Shown one piece after another: positions 36,038-45,666 of a DNA stretch of 64,000 nt (the stretch's first letter is position 1; each line of letters starts with the position of its first letter). Source of the DNA: Pyrinomonadaceae bacterium (GTDB lineage: Bacteria; Acidobacteriota; Blastocatellia; Pyrinomonadales; Pyrinomonadaceae); assembly GCA_035276685.1 (NCBI GenBank), contig DATELK010000065.1, positions 10,387 through 74,386 of the forward strand, given 5' to 3'. The notes beneath the pieces were generated by a model. It saw only the letters and a program-made list of their open reading frames with translations. It made no database searches and was not told the origin of the DNA. The position numbers and the translations under genes were made by a program.

Positions 36038-37600
36038 CTAGTCCTGCGCCGGGGTCATAGCCGAACAGTCATAGACGCGCAGGGTAGCGCGGTCAAGCCT
36101 GCGGCATCTTCCCAGAAGCGCGCGAATGCCCTCGCCCTCGCGGCTGAAGAGCCTGGTTCTGTACGAGGGGATAACTACCATGCGGCCCGCTACCTCTTCC
36201 GGGGTCACGAGCCTGTACTTGCCCTTCTCGCGCACGTAGATTTGGTCTTCGTCAAAGGAGAGGTCAATAGGCCTGATTTTATAGTCGGGCCCGAGGTAGT
36301 GCTGGTAAATCTGCGCGCCGTTCATAAGCGCCTCGCGCTCGCCAATTACACCTTTGAGCCATGCTATGTCCTCGCGAGGCGCGGCGTCGTCCAGCATAGT
36401 GTGCAGCTTGCTTGCCCACGCGGTCGTCACCACCAATGCAGCCATGATAACTAAAAGGGCTGCGGCTGCCGTTGTCCTAGCGGGCCTTGCGGAAACGAAG
36501 CTGTCAACGGCAAGGCCTACCATGCAGGCGAGCGGCGCGAGCGCAGGCACGAGGTACTGCGGGACGAGCCCGAACGGAGTCACGACGATGATGATGATGG
36601 CGTAGACGACGCCTATCACCATGAAGGGGCCAAAGCTGCGCGTCTTCTCCCTGTGCGCGTAAAAGAGCCACGCGCAGGCCGCAATCACTGGCAGAGAGAT
36701 GGGCAGCAGGGTTAAGAAAGGCGCAAGCGTGCGGCGGTATTCCTGCCCCTGCAAAGACCTGTAAAAGATGACAATCGGCGTCTTGAAGAAAGAGGCCTTG
36801 AGGACGGAGCCCGGCCAGAAGAGAACGACGAACAGCGCCGTGAGCCCCGTGCCAATCAACACGTAGCGCCAGAAGCTGAGGCTCCTTATTCCTGAAACCC
36901 CGAGCGGCTTCCATATGAGAAGCGCTAGAAGAACAGCCGCCACCACCACCAGCCCCGTCTCAAGGCTCACGACCGTCAGCGCCACGGAGGCGCACAGCAG
37001 GAGGCCCGCCCTTCTGTCGCCGTCCTTTAACCAGCGGCTCAGGAAAGCCGCCGCGAGAGTCGTCCACACGGAGAGCCAGCCGTGATTCGATAGAGAGTAG
37101 AAGGCCAGATAGCTCAAGCCTATCCCGAAGACGAGAACGGCGAGCATGCCCGCGAGCGTGGGCGCGTCGGAAAGCTGTCGGTAGGCGTAAAAGAGCGCGC
37201 AGAGGAAAGCCAGAACTCCAAGAAGCTGTCCTATGCGTATGGCGCGGTCGCTCTCGGAATTAAGCAGAGGAGTCGTCGCGGCCGTCACGTAGGCTATGAA
37301 CGGAGGATGATAGTGCCTCAGGAGCAGCGGGTCTTTCTGCTCGTCATACTGCGGCGGGTAGGCTGGCTCCACGCCTTTGCGCTTGGAGTTGATGAACCCG
37401 AAGAACTCAAGGGGCGAGAGCGAGCCACGGTCTATGTAGTTAGTCACGAGCCCGAGGCGCGAGGCGTTATAGTAATCCACCTCGTCCAGATTCATGATGG
37501 TGTTGTGCAGGGGCCACAGCGCGAGGATGACCGCGACCCAGCCCACGAGGATTAAGCCTCCGAGCAGCTTATATGAAGAATGTTGACGGTTATCTTTCAC
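36038..37600 (-). CDS. GT-C fold membrane glycosyltransferase (ArnT/PMT-like, GT39/83-like)
   Basis: 520 aa and polytopic. The first-loop acidic motif NLDEVDYYNASRLG resembles the ArnT/PMT DE motif. It sits with a polyprenol-P sugar synthase-like GT2 two genes upstream. Confidence 0.55.
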   Translation of the reverse strand: MKDNRQHSSYKLLGGLILVGWVAVILALWPLHNTIMNLDEVDYYNASRLGLVTNYIDRGSLSPLEFFGFINSKRKGVEPAYPPQYDEQKDPLLLRHYHPPFIAYVTAATTPLLNSESDRAIRIGQLLGVLAFLCALFYAYRQLSDAPTLAGMLAVLVFGIGLSYLAFYSLSNHGWLSVWTTLAAAFLSRWLKDGDRRAGLLLCASVALTVVSLETGLVVVAAVLLALLIWKPLGVSGIRSLSFWRYVLIGTGLTALFVVLFWPGSVLKASFFKTPIVIFYRSLQGQEYRRTLAPFLTLLPISLPVIAACAWLFYAHREKTRSFGPFMVIGVVYAIIIIVVTPFGLVPQYLVPALAPLACMVGLAVDSFVSARPARTTAAAALLVIMAALVVTTAWASKLHTMLDDAAPREDIAWLKGVIGEREALMNGAQIYQHYLGPDYKIRPIDLSFDEDQIYVREKGKYRLVTPEEVAGRMVVIPSYRTRLFSREGEGIRALLGRCRRLDRATLRVYDCSAMTPAQD

Positions 37601-37643
37601 AGGTTCTACAGAACAGAAGAAACGGCTCGTCTTTCGGAATCCT

Positions 37644-38348
37644 TTAGCGTTTACGGCAGAGCACCTGATACTGCGTGCCTAAGGGCAGACGTGATACGTG
37701 CGGCTCTATGAAACGCAGCGCTCGCAGCATTCTGGGAAAGATGAACAGGAAGTCTGTGCGTAGAATCTCGAAGCCTCCGTCCTGAAGAAGGCGGCGGGCT
37801 TCCGGCGGAGTCAGCGTGATGGCGTCGCGGTCAAACGGGATGCGGCTCATCACGTAACGCGTCCCCGGATTCCAGGGATTATTCTCCCAGAAGGAGAAGA
37901 GCCCGCCCGGACGAAGCGAGCGATGTATGTAGTCAACGGCCCCTCTGCGCTGCGCGGGCGGGATGTGATGAAAGACGCCGTTACAGAAGCTGAGGTCTAT
38001 CTGCTCTTTGGGCTTGTGCTCGTCGAGCAGCATGAACTGTGTCTTGTCCGAGCCGTGATGGGCTCTGGCGACCTCAAGCGATTTGGCGGAATTATCAACG
38101 CCCGTCACAGACTCTGCCCCCACAATCTCATGCAGGAAGGGCGCGGAGGTGCCTGTGCCGCAGCCGAAATCAAGAGCCCGTGCAGGCCGCTCGCCCAGTT
38201 TCGCCAGACAGTCCGCGAGCCACATCGCACGGCCGCGCGCGAAGTAGTGCTTGTCCTCGCCGGAGACGGCCAGGCCCTGCTCAAGCGCCGCGTCATACTC
38301 GGTCGCGTAGCCGTCGAACTCGGCTTTATAAGAAGAATGAGTGCTCAT
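37644..38348 (-). CDS. Class I SAM-dependent methyltransferase
   Basis: ALDFGCGTGTSAPFL, FCNGVFHHI. ATGA overlap with the upstream GT2 stop. Confidence 0.8.
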   Translation of the reverse strand: MSTHSSYKAEFDGYATEYDAALEQGLAVSGEDKHYFARGRAMWLADCLAKLGERPARALDFGCGTGTSAPFLHEIVGAESVTGVDNSAKSLEVARAHHGSDKTQFMLLDEHKPKEQIDLSFCNGVFHHIPPAQRRGAVDYIHRSLRPGGLFSFWENNPWNPGTRYVMSRIPFDRDAITLTPPEARRLLQDGGFEILRTDFLFIFPRMLRALRFIEPHVSRLPLGTQYQVLCRKR

Positions 38349-39565
38349 CGTCGTCGCATCCCCAAAATGCTGACAAAGAAGCTGGACAGGACAGTCTGAA
38401 AGCCCAGCGCCGTCAGGGTCGCGCCCGGTATGACCCAGCGCATGGTGTGGCTGTAATCAAGGTGGCCGAAATCTATCAGCCGCCACTGGTTCATCGCCGA
38501 CACGAGAAGCGCCAGTCCTATCAGCAGGCTTCCTGCTCCCAGAATCAACCCTCTCTCCAGATTAACAATCTCGAAGAAGCGGTTCATGCGCGGGTCGTCC
38601 GGCATGAGCCCTTCGCTGATGGCGAAGGTCTTGGAGAAGATGGCGAAGAGGATTGATTGATAGCCGCAGAGAATCGAGAGGCTGGCAAAGAGCAGCGTGT
38701 GCGCGTCAAAGGTGATGCCCTTAATGGTCACGCCCGGAAGCGCCAGAGCGTAGCCCACGAGTCCAAGCAGGATGAGCAGAGCGCCCGGCGCGAGGAAGAG
38801 CCAGCGCGGGCTGTACATCAGAAAGAAGCGAAGCGTGCGCCAGCCGTCGCGGAAAGTCTTCAGGTGCGGAGCATGAGAGGTGCGCCCGTCCGGATGCAGC
38901 GTAATCGGCACTTCAGTTATGCCTACACGATAGAGGCTCGACTTGATAATCATCTCGGTCGCGAACTCCATCCCCGTGCAGCGCAGGTCTAGCCGGTTAT
39001 AAAGCTCCTTGGTGAAGCCGCGCAGGCCGCAGTAAACGTCATGAATCGGCGCGCGAAACCACTTGCGAACCATCATGGAGAACATCGGGTTGCCCCACCA
39101 GCGATGCAGGAAAGGCATGGCACCCGGCAAGACCTGTCCCCCGCCCCTTGGCAAGCGGCATCCCTGCACGAGGTCGAAGCCCTCTCTTAGCTTCTCTACA
39201 AACTTTGGCACTTCGAGGAAGTCGTAGGAGTCGTCTGCGTCTCCCATGATGACGAAGCGGCCGCGAGCGGCAGCGATGCCGCCCTGTAGAGCGCTGCCGT
39301 AGCCCTTGGCCTCTACGTTGATGACGCGCGCTCCCAGACGGGTCGCGATGTCCTGAGAGCCGTCCATGCTGCCGTTGTCCGCGATGATGATTTCGCCGTC
39401 TATCTTGTGCTCAGTGAGCACGCGCTGGGCTTTCCTGATACAGGTCTCAAGCGTGTCTGCCTCGTTCAGGCAAGGCATCACGATTGACAGCTCCACGGGT
39501 CGGTCGCCGTTTGTCTCGGGCGCTGCGACCTGCTGCTCGCGCGTCAGGTTATCTTCAACCAGCAT
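38345..39565 (-). CDS. GT2 polyprenol-phosphate glycosyltransferase (ArnC/GtrB/DPM1-like) with C-terminal TM helices
   Basis: ELSIVMPCLNEADTLETCI, IIADNGSMDGS, MGDADDSYD. Four C-terminal TM helices. Confidence 0.8.
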   Translation of the reverse strand: MLVEDNLTREQQVAAPETNGDRPVELSIVMPCLNEADTLETCIRKAQRVLTEHKIDGEIIIADNGSMDGSQDIATRLGARVINVEAKGYGSALQGGIAAARGRFVIMGDADDSYDFLEVPKFVEKLREGFDLVQGCRLPRGGGQVLPGAMPFLHRWWGNPMFSMMVRKWFRAPIHDVYCGLRGFTKELYNRLDLRCTGMEFATEMIIKSSLYRVGITEVPITLHPDGRTSHAPHLKTFRDGWRTLRFFLMYSPRWLFLAPGALLILLGLVGYALALPGVTIKGITFDAHTLLFASLSILCGYQSILFAIFSKTFAISEGLMPDDPRMNRFFEIVNLERGLILGAGSLLIGLALLVSAMNQWRLIDFGHLDYSHTMRWVIPGATLTALGFQTVLSSFFVSILGMRRR

Positions 39566-39727
39566 CTATACACTCCTTGCAAAAATATCCGGGGCGAGCC
39601 GGGCAGCAAACCATCTGCGGAAAAAGCGGCCGTGATGAAAAAGGTTCGCTTGTGCCTCTGACCCCGGAAATGCTTATGAGGTTACCTTGCTTGAGGTCAG
39701 AAGCTAAATCAGAGACCGGCTCTCTAC

Positions 39728-40240
39728 TTAAAAGCTCTCGTCCATACTGAAAATCGTTCGGGGGTCGTCCTCGTGCCTGATTACGTCCACCTCTTCGAGG
39801 CGGCCCTCGCCCATGTAAAGCCTGTTGGGAAAGTTGAGCACTAGGCCGACACTGCTTCCCACGTTGCTATAAGCATGCACCACGCCCTTGGGAACCAGCA
39901 CGGACTTAGGATTGTCTTCGCCCACCATGAGCGTCATCACGTTACCGTAGGTCGCGGAGTCGGCTCGATTGTCCCAGAGGCGCAGCTTGAAGCTCGACGG
40001 GCCTATGAAGCAGAAGAAGTCTGCCTGACTCGTGTGCTCGTGCGGCCCGCGCGCAACGCCCGGATGAGTCTCCGAGACGTAGGCCATCTGCGGATAGAAC
40101 TCTTCGGCCAGTTGGTCGTGGCGGAACAGCTCGGCCAGCCACCCGCGCCCGTCACTGTGCTTCTGAATATCACGGACTTGGACGCCCACTATCTCTCCCT
40201 GCTTAAATGTCAGCGGCGACGCCTCAGGCTTCGGCTGCAT
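39728..40240 (-). CDS. RmlC-like cupin (NDP-4-keto-6-deoxyhexose epimerase/isomerase family)
   Basis: HSDGRGWLAELFRHDQ ... GVARGPHEH ... VPKGVVHAYSNVG. ATG at 40240 (MQPKPEASPL) is preferred. The track TTG at 40336 lies deep inside the upstream gene. Confidence 0.6.
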   Translation of the reverse strand: MQPKPEASPLTFKQGEIVGVQVRDIQKHSDGRGWLAELFRHDQLAEEFYPQMAYVSETHPGVARGPHEHTSQADFFCFIGPSSFKLRLWDNRADSATYGNVMTLMVGEDNPKSVLVPKGVVHAYSNVGSSVGLVLNFPNRLYMGEGRLEEVDVIRHEDDPRTIFSMDESF

Positions 40241-40976
40241 CTTCCGTCTCCATCTTGTTCGCGCCCGTCCTGGCCACCAGATTAGAAGCGTAGAGCAGAC
40301 TATCAAACGTTCCGGCGTCCGTCCACCAGCCCGCAAGCTCCTCCCACGTCATCATGCCCCTCGTGATGTAGGCATTGTTGACATCCGTAATCTCAAGCTC
40401 GTGGCGCGCGGAAGGCACCAGGCCGCGTATGATGTCGAAAACTTCCGAGTCGTACATGTAAAGGCCCGTGACCGCGTATTCCGACTTGGGAACTTCGGGC
40501 TTCTCTTCTATGCGGAGAATCGTGCGGCCGTCCATCACAGGCACGCCGAAGCGCTGCGGGTCCGGAACCTTCTTCAGGATAATCTTCGCGCCCCGGCCCT
40601 GCTCCGCGTAGGCACGCACGGCGCGGCAGATGTTGCCCTCGATGATGTTATCTCCGAGGGCGACGCAGACCGCCTCTTTGTCCGCGAAGTCTTCGGCCAA
40701 GGCGAGAGCGGCCGCGATGCCGCCTTCGCCTTCCTGATAAGTATAGTCCAGATGCGTCAGGCCGAAATCGCGCCCGTTCTTGAGCAGCCGCAGAAAGTCA
40801 CCCGCAGAGTTTCCCCCGGTGACAATCATTATCTCTTTTATCCCGGCGTTTATGAGTGTCTGGATGGGGTAATATACCATAGGCCGGTTGTAGACGGGCA
40901 ACAGGTGCTTGTTCGTCACAGCCGTCAAAGGCATAAGCCGCATCCCCAACCCACCGGCTAACACGACACCCTTCAC
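40224..40976 (-). CDS. Sugar-1-phosphate nucleotidyltransferase (short glucose-1-phosphate thymidylyltransferase-like)
   Basis: MKGVVLAGGLGMRLMPLTAVTNKHLLPVYNRPMVYYPIQTLINAGIKEIMIVTG. Confidence 0.8.
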   Translation of the reverse strand: MKGVVLAGGLGMRLMPLTAVTNKHLLPVYNRPMVYYPIQTLINAGIKEIMIVTGGNSAGDFLRLLKNGRDFGLTHLDYTYQEGEGGIAAALALAEDFADKEAVCVALGDNIIEGNICRAVRAYAEQGRGAKIILKKVPDPQRFGVPVMDGRTILRIEEKPEVPKSEYAVTGLYMYDSEVFDIIRGLVPSARHELEITDVNNAYITRGMMTWEELAGWWTDAGTFDSLLYASNLVARTGANKMETEDAAEA

Positions 40977-41028
40977 TTTGAGCAGAACCCCTCGGGCAGG
41001 ATAGATAAGAGCAGGTCAGGCCTCTTTG

Positions 41029-42912
41029 CTAATCAATGAATCTCTGGAACCACAGCTCAAGCATCAGGAGCGTCCAGAGCTGGTGCGCGTAGTCGCGCTC
41101 GCCGCGAGTGTGAAGCTCGAACATGCGCCTGACCTCTTCCGCGCGGAAGAGCCCGCGACTCATGGCCTTTTCGCTCAGGATAGTCTCGGCCAGAAACTTT
41201 TTCATCTTATCGCGGAACCAGTAGCCTATGGGGACGCCGAAGCCCATCTTCGGGCGGTTCAGATTCTCCACCGGCAGAAGTTTTTTCAGCACGTTCTTCA
41301 GTATGTACTTCGTCGTCAGCCCCCGTAGCTTCAGCCTCTCAGGCAGGCTCGCCGCGAACTCTATGACGTGATGGTCAAGAAAGGGCGAGCGCGCTTCCAG
41401 AGAGACGGCCATGCTGGCTATGTCCACCTTGACCAGCAGGTCGTTCGGCAAGTAAGTCATGGTGTCCGTCAAAAGACTCGCGTCCACGACGCCCGCGCCG
41501 TTCGCGTGCTTGAACCACGGCGCGAGCCACATAGCGGGGTCGTGTCCCTCCACGCCGCGACGAAACTCTTCCGTGTAAAGCTCGTCCTTCGCGGCCCTGT
41601 CGAGCACGCTCACCCACCTCAGATAACGCTCAACGGGCGGAAGAGAAGCCGCATGAAGAAAGCGCTTCATGCTCCTGACACGGCTCTTGCGAAGCTCTGA
41701 GGTTGGGATGAGGCTGACGGCCCTGCGTATCACGCCCTCGCGCAATAGCCCCGGCACTGCTCTGTAACGCTCCGCCAGCCGCATCGCCGCATAACGCTCG
41801 TAGCCCGCGAAGCACTCGTCGCCTCCGTCGCCGTTCAGGGCCACGGTCACGTGCTTGCGCGTCTCGCGCGAAACGTAATAAGTGGGAATCGCGGAGGAGT
41901 CCGCGTAAGGCTCGCCGTAATGCTCCACGAGAGTGGGCAGCACCTCCATGGCGTCGGGCCGCACTATGAACTCGTGATGCTCCGCGCCGACGTGCTCTGC
42001 GACGCGGCGCGCGTGATGAAGCTCGCTGAAGTCCTGCTCGTCAAAGCCTATGGAGAAGGTCTTGACGGGCGTGGAAGACAGCTCACTCATCAGCGCGACG
42101 ACGGCGCTCGAATCGATGCCGCCCGAAAGAAATGCGCCAAGCGGAACTTCGGACATCAGTCGCACGCGCACGGCTTCGCGTAGCACTTCTATGGCGCGCT
42201 CTCCGGCCTCCTCCTCGCTCATCTCTACTTTTTTGGAGAAGTCGGGCTGCCAGTACCGCTCAATTTTAATGTCGCCGTGCCTCTGCCAGAGCAGCGAGTG
42301 CCCCGGCTCAAGTTTGCGAATCATGCGGTAGGCCGTCAGAGGCGCGGGCACGCACATGAAGGAGAGGTAGTAATGAAGAGCCGCCGTGTCAATCTCGCGG
42401 CTCATCTTCGGATGCAGCAGCAGCGTCGTGAACTCAGAGCCGAAGATGAAGTCGTCGCCCACCTGCGCGTAAAGGAGCGGCTTTTTTCCGACGCGGTCGC
42501 GCGCCAGAAAAAGCTCTTCGCGTCGCTCGTCCCAGATGGCGAAGGCGAACATGCCGCGCAGGTGATTGGGGCAGTCCGCGCCGTAGGCTTCGTAGGCGTG
42601 GACTATCGCTTCGGTGTCGCTGTCGGTATAGAAGCTATGGCCCAGCTTCTCAAGCTTTTCCCTCAGCTCAAGGTAGTTGTAGATTTCGCCGTTGAAGACT
42701 ATCCAGAGCGAGCGGTCTTCGTTGTGCATGGGCTGCTGGCCGCCCTTGAGGTCAATGATGGCGAGCCGCCGCATGGCGAGGCCCGCGCCGTCTTTCATGT
42801 AGAAGCCGTCCTCGTCAGGCCCACGGTGGCGTATGGCCTCGCACATGTTTGAGAGCAGGACGCTATCTACTGGCTCGCGGCTGCGGCGAACGATTCCGGT
42901 AATTCCACACAT
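41029..42912 (-). CDS. asnB: Asparagine synthase (glutamine-hydrolysing) family amidotransferase
   Basis: The Ntn Cys requires the start at MCGITGIV (ATG 42912). SGGIDSS PP-loop motif. Probably a sugar/uronate amidotransferase given its context. Confidence 0.85.
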   Translation of the reverse strand: MCGITGIVRRSREPVDSVLLSNMCEAIRHRGPDEDGFYMKDGAGLAMRRLAIIDLKGGQQPMHNEDRSLWIVFNGEIYNYLELREKLEKLGHSFYTDSDTEAIVHAYEAYGADCPNHLRGMFAFAIWDERREELFLARDRVGKKPLLYAQVGDDFIFGSEFTTLLLHPKMSREIDTAALHYYLSFMCVPAPLTAYRMIRKLEPGHSLLWQRHGDIKIERYWQPDFSKKVEMSEEEAGERAIEVLREAVRVRLMSEVPLGAFLSGGIDSSAVVALMSELSSTPVKTFSIGFDEQDFSELHHARRVAEHVGAEHHEFIVRPDAMEVLPTLVEHYGEPYADSSAIPTYYVSRETRKHVTVALNGDGGDECFAGYERYAAMRLAERYRAVPGLLREGVIRRAVSLIPTSELRKSRVRSMKRFLHAASLPPVERYLRWVSVLDRAAKDELYTEEFRRGVEGHDPAMWLAPWFKHANGAGVVDASLLTDTMTYLPNDLLVKVDIASMAVSLEARSPFLDHHVIEFAASLPERLKLRGLTTKYILKNVLKKLLPVENLNRPKMGFGVPIGYWFRDKMKKFLAETILSEKAMSRGLFRAEEVRRMFELHTRGERDYAHQLWTLLMLELWFQRFID

Positions 42913-42963
42913 GTTCGGATTCCTATGAGAGGAGACTCTATGGGGCAAAGGTGAGCGAAGGCT

Positions 42964-44412
42964 TTAATCCACCCGCGCCCGGCTCTCTGTCTCCCTTCCC
43001 TCTTCTATCTTCAAAGGCTCTTCGGCGCGGCGCGGCTCTTCCTGCCAACGGCCGGGCAGTGCGCGCGACTGGCGCAGCGCGGCCACCTTCGCCAGATGCT
43101 CCGCCTCCTTCAGCTTGACCAGCCGCTTCTTCTCTTCTCTGACCTCCTGCATAAGGACGAAGCCAACGGCGACGAAGATGAAGTAGAAGACGAGGAGCTG
43201 CGAGCGCTGGCGATAAGCCGTGCCCACGTTGCCCTGAAAGATGGAGTAAGAGATGGTCAGCATCAGGCTGAACATCAGGATTGGCAGCGCCTGCCTGAGC
43301 CGGAATTTAATCGTGAACCAGAGCCCCAAAACCAGAAACGGAACAGACACCCACCAGACGAGCATTTCGGGCAGCGTCAGGCTTTGTCTCAAGTTAGCAA
43401 GCTGCCACGGGAAAGGCGCGAACAGCAGATAGTTCATGCCTATCGGAATCGCGCTCAGTGCGCCGGAAGAGGTCGAAACGTCAACGTCCTTGCCGAAGGA
43501 GGACTTGGCCGTCTGCATCTGGTCAAGGCGTCCGACCTGAATCTTTTCCAGACTGCCGTAGGCTTCGAACTGCTGCGTGGCCGTCCTCAAAACGCCGAAG
43601 TAAGTCAGGAAGAGCCCGAGCATGAGGGCCGTGGCAAACTGTCTTATCATGCTGTTGGCCGTCAGGGTCTTCATCCCTATCAGCAGGCTCCCGCCTATGG
43701 CCGCCAGCACCATGTAAAAGATGTAGAAGCGCAGGCTCAGTAGCCCGAGAAGGGAAAAGCCCAGCAGCAGCGCGCTCTTTATGGTGAAACGCTCGCCGAG
43801 GCGCAGCACGAGCAGCATGACCACGCTCAGCAGGAAGACTATCAGCCCGTCCTTGAGCCCCTGCGACGACCAGAGAATCAGCGAAGGATAGAAGGCCGCG
43901 AAGTAAGCAGTCACGCGCGCCACCTTGATGTTCTGGAAAATACGGAGCGCGCAGAAGAAGACGGCCGGGGCGGTGGCTGCTCCGGCCACGGCGCTGATGA
44001 ACTGTATGGCGAGCGGGTTGCGCCCTATGACGGCGTAGACGCCCGCGACCAGATAGAGCATTCCCCAGCCGCCGCCTACGTAGTACTTCTCCACGTAAGA
44101 CATCAACTGAGTGTCCTGGCCCTGCCAGATGGAGAGCAGCAGCTGGCCGAACTCGTCGTAGGTGACGGCGTCGCCTCCGAAGAAGGCTTGCAGGTTGGCT
44201 ACGTAGATAAGCGTGCCGACCAGAATCCTGACTAAAAAGGCTGCGCCGAATAGCTTCAGCAGAAAGTTGCCGTGAGTGCGGTTTCTTGAGATGACGACGG
44301 CCGCCACGACGGCAAAGAGCAGCCCGACGATGATTGCCGAAGGGCCGTCCGGCACGAAGAAGACGACGCCCATGCAGACAAGCATCAAGCCTAGAATGAT
44401 GAGGCTGTTCAT
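42964..44412 (-). CDS. Polytopic membrane protein, possible polysaccharide polymerase or GT-C-like enzyme
   Basis: 482 aa with more than 10 TM helices. Acidic loop motif FFGGDAVTYDEFG. Charged coiled C-terminal tail. No confident family assignment. Confidence 0.4.
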   Translation of the reverse strand: MNSLIILGLMLVCMGVVFFVPDGPSAIIVGLLFAVVAAVVISRNRTHGNFLLKLFGAAFLVRILVGTLIYVANLQAFFGGDAVTYDEFGQLLLSIWQGQDTQLMSYVEKYYVGGGWGMLYLVAGVYAVIGRNPLAIQFISAVAGAATAPAVFFCALRIFQNIKVARVTAYFAAFYPSLILWSSQGLKDGLIVFLLSVVMLLVLRLGERFTIKSALLLGFSLLGLLSLRFYIFYMVLAAIGGSLLIGMKTLTANSMIRQFATALMLGLFLTYFGVLRTATQQFEAYGSLEKIQVGRLDQMQTAKSSFGKDVDVSTSSGALSAIPIGMNYLLFAPFPWQLANLRQSLTLPEMLVWWVSVPFLVLGLWFTIKFRLRQALPILMFSLMLTISYSIFQGNVGTAYRQRSQLLVFYFIFVAVGFVLMQEVREEKKRLVKLKEAEHLAKVAALRQSRALPGRWQEEPRRAEEPLKIEEGRETESRARVD

Positions 44413-44439
44413 ATCAGCAACTTAAAGCGCAGGGCGAGA

Positions 44440-45528
44440 CTAGCTCATGGAACTCACACGGGCGGAACTACCCTGGAACACTCCTTCGATAAAATCAATC
44501 TGACGGGAGAGGCTGAACTGCTCTTCGGCCGTGCGGCGCGCGGCGCGTCCCATCTCCAGCCGCAGCTCAGGATTCTCCAACAGCGTCTTGAGCCTAGCGT
44601 ACCACTCATCATCGGAATCCGCCAGAAAGCCGTTCTCGCCGTCCCTGATTATCTCCTTGTTCGAGCCCGTGGCGGTGGCGACCACCGGCATCCCCAGACT
44701 CATGTACTGAATCAGCTTGAAGAAGAACTTCCAGGGGCTCCATACGCTCTCCTTCACAGGCACGATGCCAATCTGGCACTCCTGAAGCCTAGGCACCTCT
44801 ATGTCGTAAGCCCAAGGGATGAACTCCACCTCCACGCCGGGCAGAGTCATGGGCTCGTCCGCTATGACGCGAAGTATCGTCCCGTGCGATTCACGCAGAC
44901 GCCTGAGCGGCTCCGTGACTAGCTCTACGTTCGGCTGGTTCGTGAATGTGCCGACCCAGCCGATGCGCGGCGGCACAAGCTCCTTTCGGGGCGCGGGGCT
45001 GTACCTCTCCGTGTCCACGGCCATAGGGACTATGGAGACCTGCTTGGCAAAGCGCTCTGCATAATCCCCTATGGCCTTATTGACCGCGAGCACGTGGTCG
45101 CTCATCTCAAGCAGCGTGTTGACCTTCGAGAAGAACTTGAGCATGTTGAGACGCCCGTTGCTTGGACTGACGTAAGGGACAAAGAGCGGCTCGTCTATGT
45201 CGTAAATGATGGGAGCCTTCCAGCGCCGCGTGAGCCGCTCTATCCAGGCGGGCCCTATGAGCGCAGCCTCCCTGTAGATGTATATGGCGTCGGGGCGCGA
45301 GGCACGCAGCACTCGGCTCAACTGCTCAACGTAGCAGCGCAGCATCTCCCGGCCCTTCTGAAGTGTCTGTCCCTGATTATAGAGCCTGCCGGTCAGAGAA
45401 GGGCTGGCAAAAGGGTAATACTCGACCTCTATGCCCCGCCCCGTGAGGTGCTTGGCCCAAAGCTCTATCCTGAACCTCTGCCCGGCGCAGAAACCCGTGT
45501 GATAAGGAACGATTGCAGCAACTTTCAT
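44440..45528 (-). CDS. Glycosyltransferase family 4
   Basis: C-terminal YMSLGMPVVATATGSNKEIIRDGENGFLA (GT-B Glycos_transf_1 signature). Confidence 0.8.
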   Translation of the reverse strand: MKVAAIVPYHTGFCAGQRFRIELWAKHLTGRGIEVEYYPFASPSLTGRLYNQGQTLQKGREMLRCYVEQLSRVLRASRPDAIYIYREAALIGPAWIERLTRRWKAPIIYDIDEPLFVPYVSPSNGRLNMLKFFSKVNTLLEMSDHVLAVNKAIGDYAERFAKQVSIVPMAVDTERYSPAPRKELVPPRIGWVGTFTNQPNVELVTEPLRRLRESHGTILRVIADEPMTLPGVEVEFIPWAYDIEVPRLQECQIGIVPVKESVWSPWKFFFKLIQYMSLGMPVVATATGSNKEIIRDGENGFLADSDDEWYARLKTLLENPELRLEMGRAARRTAEEQFSLSRQIDFIEGVFQGSSARVSSMS

Positions 45529-45582
45529 AAATCAAGAAGAACAATTCTATTAGCGAACGGCCGCAAATTCAAAGCGGACTCA

Positions 45583-45666
45583 AACAGGATGGACAGGATA
45601 AGCAGGATAAAAGAAGAATAAATGCTTTCTCTTTTTATCCTGTGCATCCTGTCCATCCCTGTTAAT
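45583..45666. repeat. CAGGAT-hairpin repeat, copy B
   Basis: AACAGGATGGACAGGATAAGCAGGATAAAAGA ... TCTTTTTATCCTGTGCATCCTGTCCATCCCTGTTAA. The arms are imperfect. The TAA stop of 45662..46573 is the TTAA of the repeat. Confidence 0.85.
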
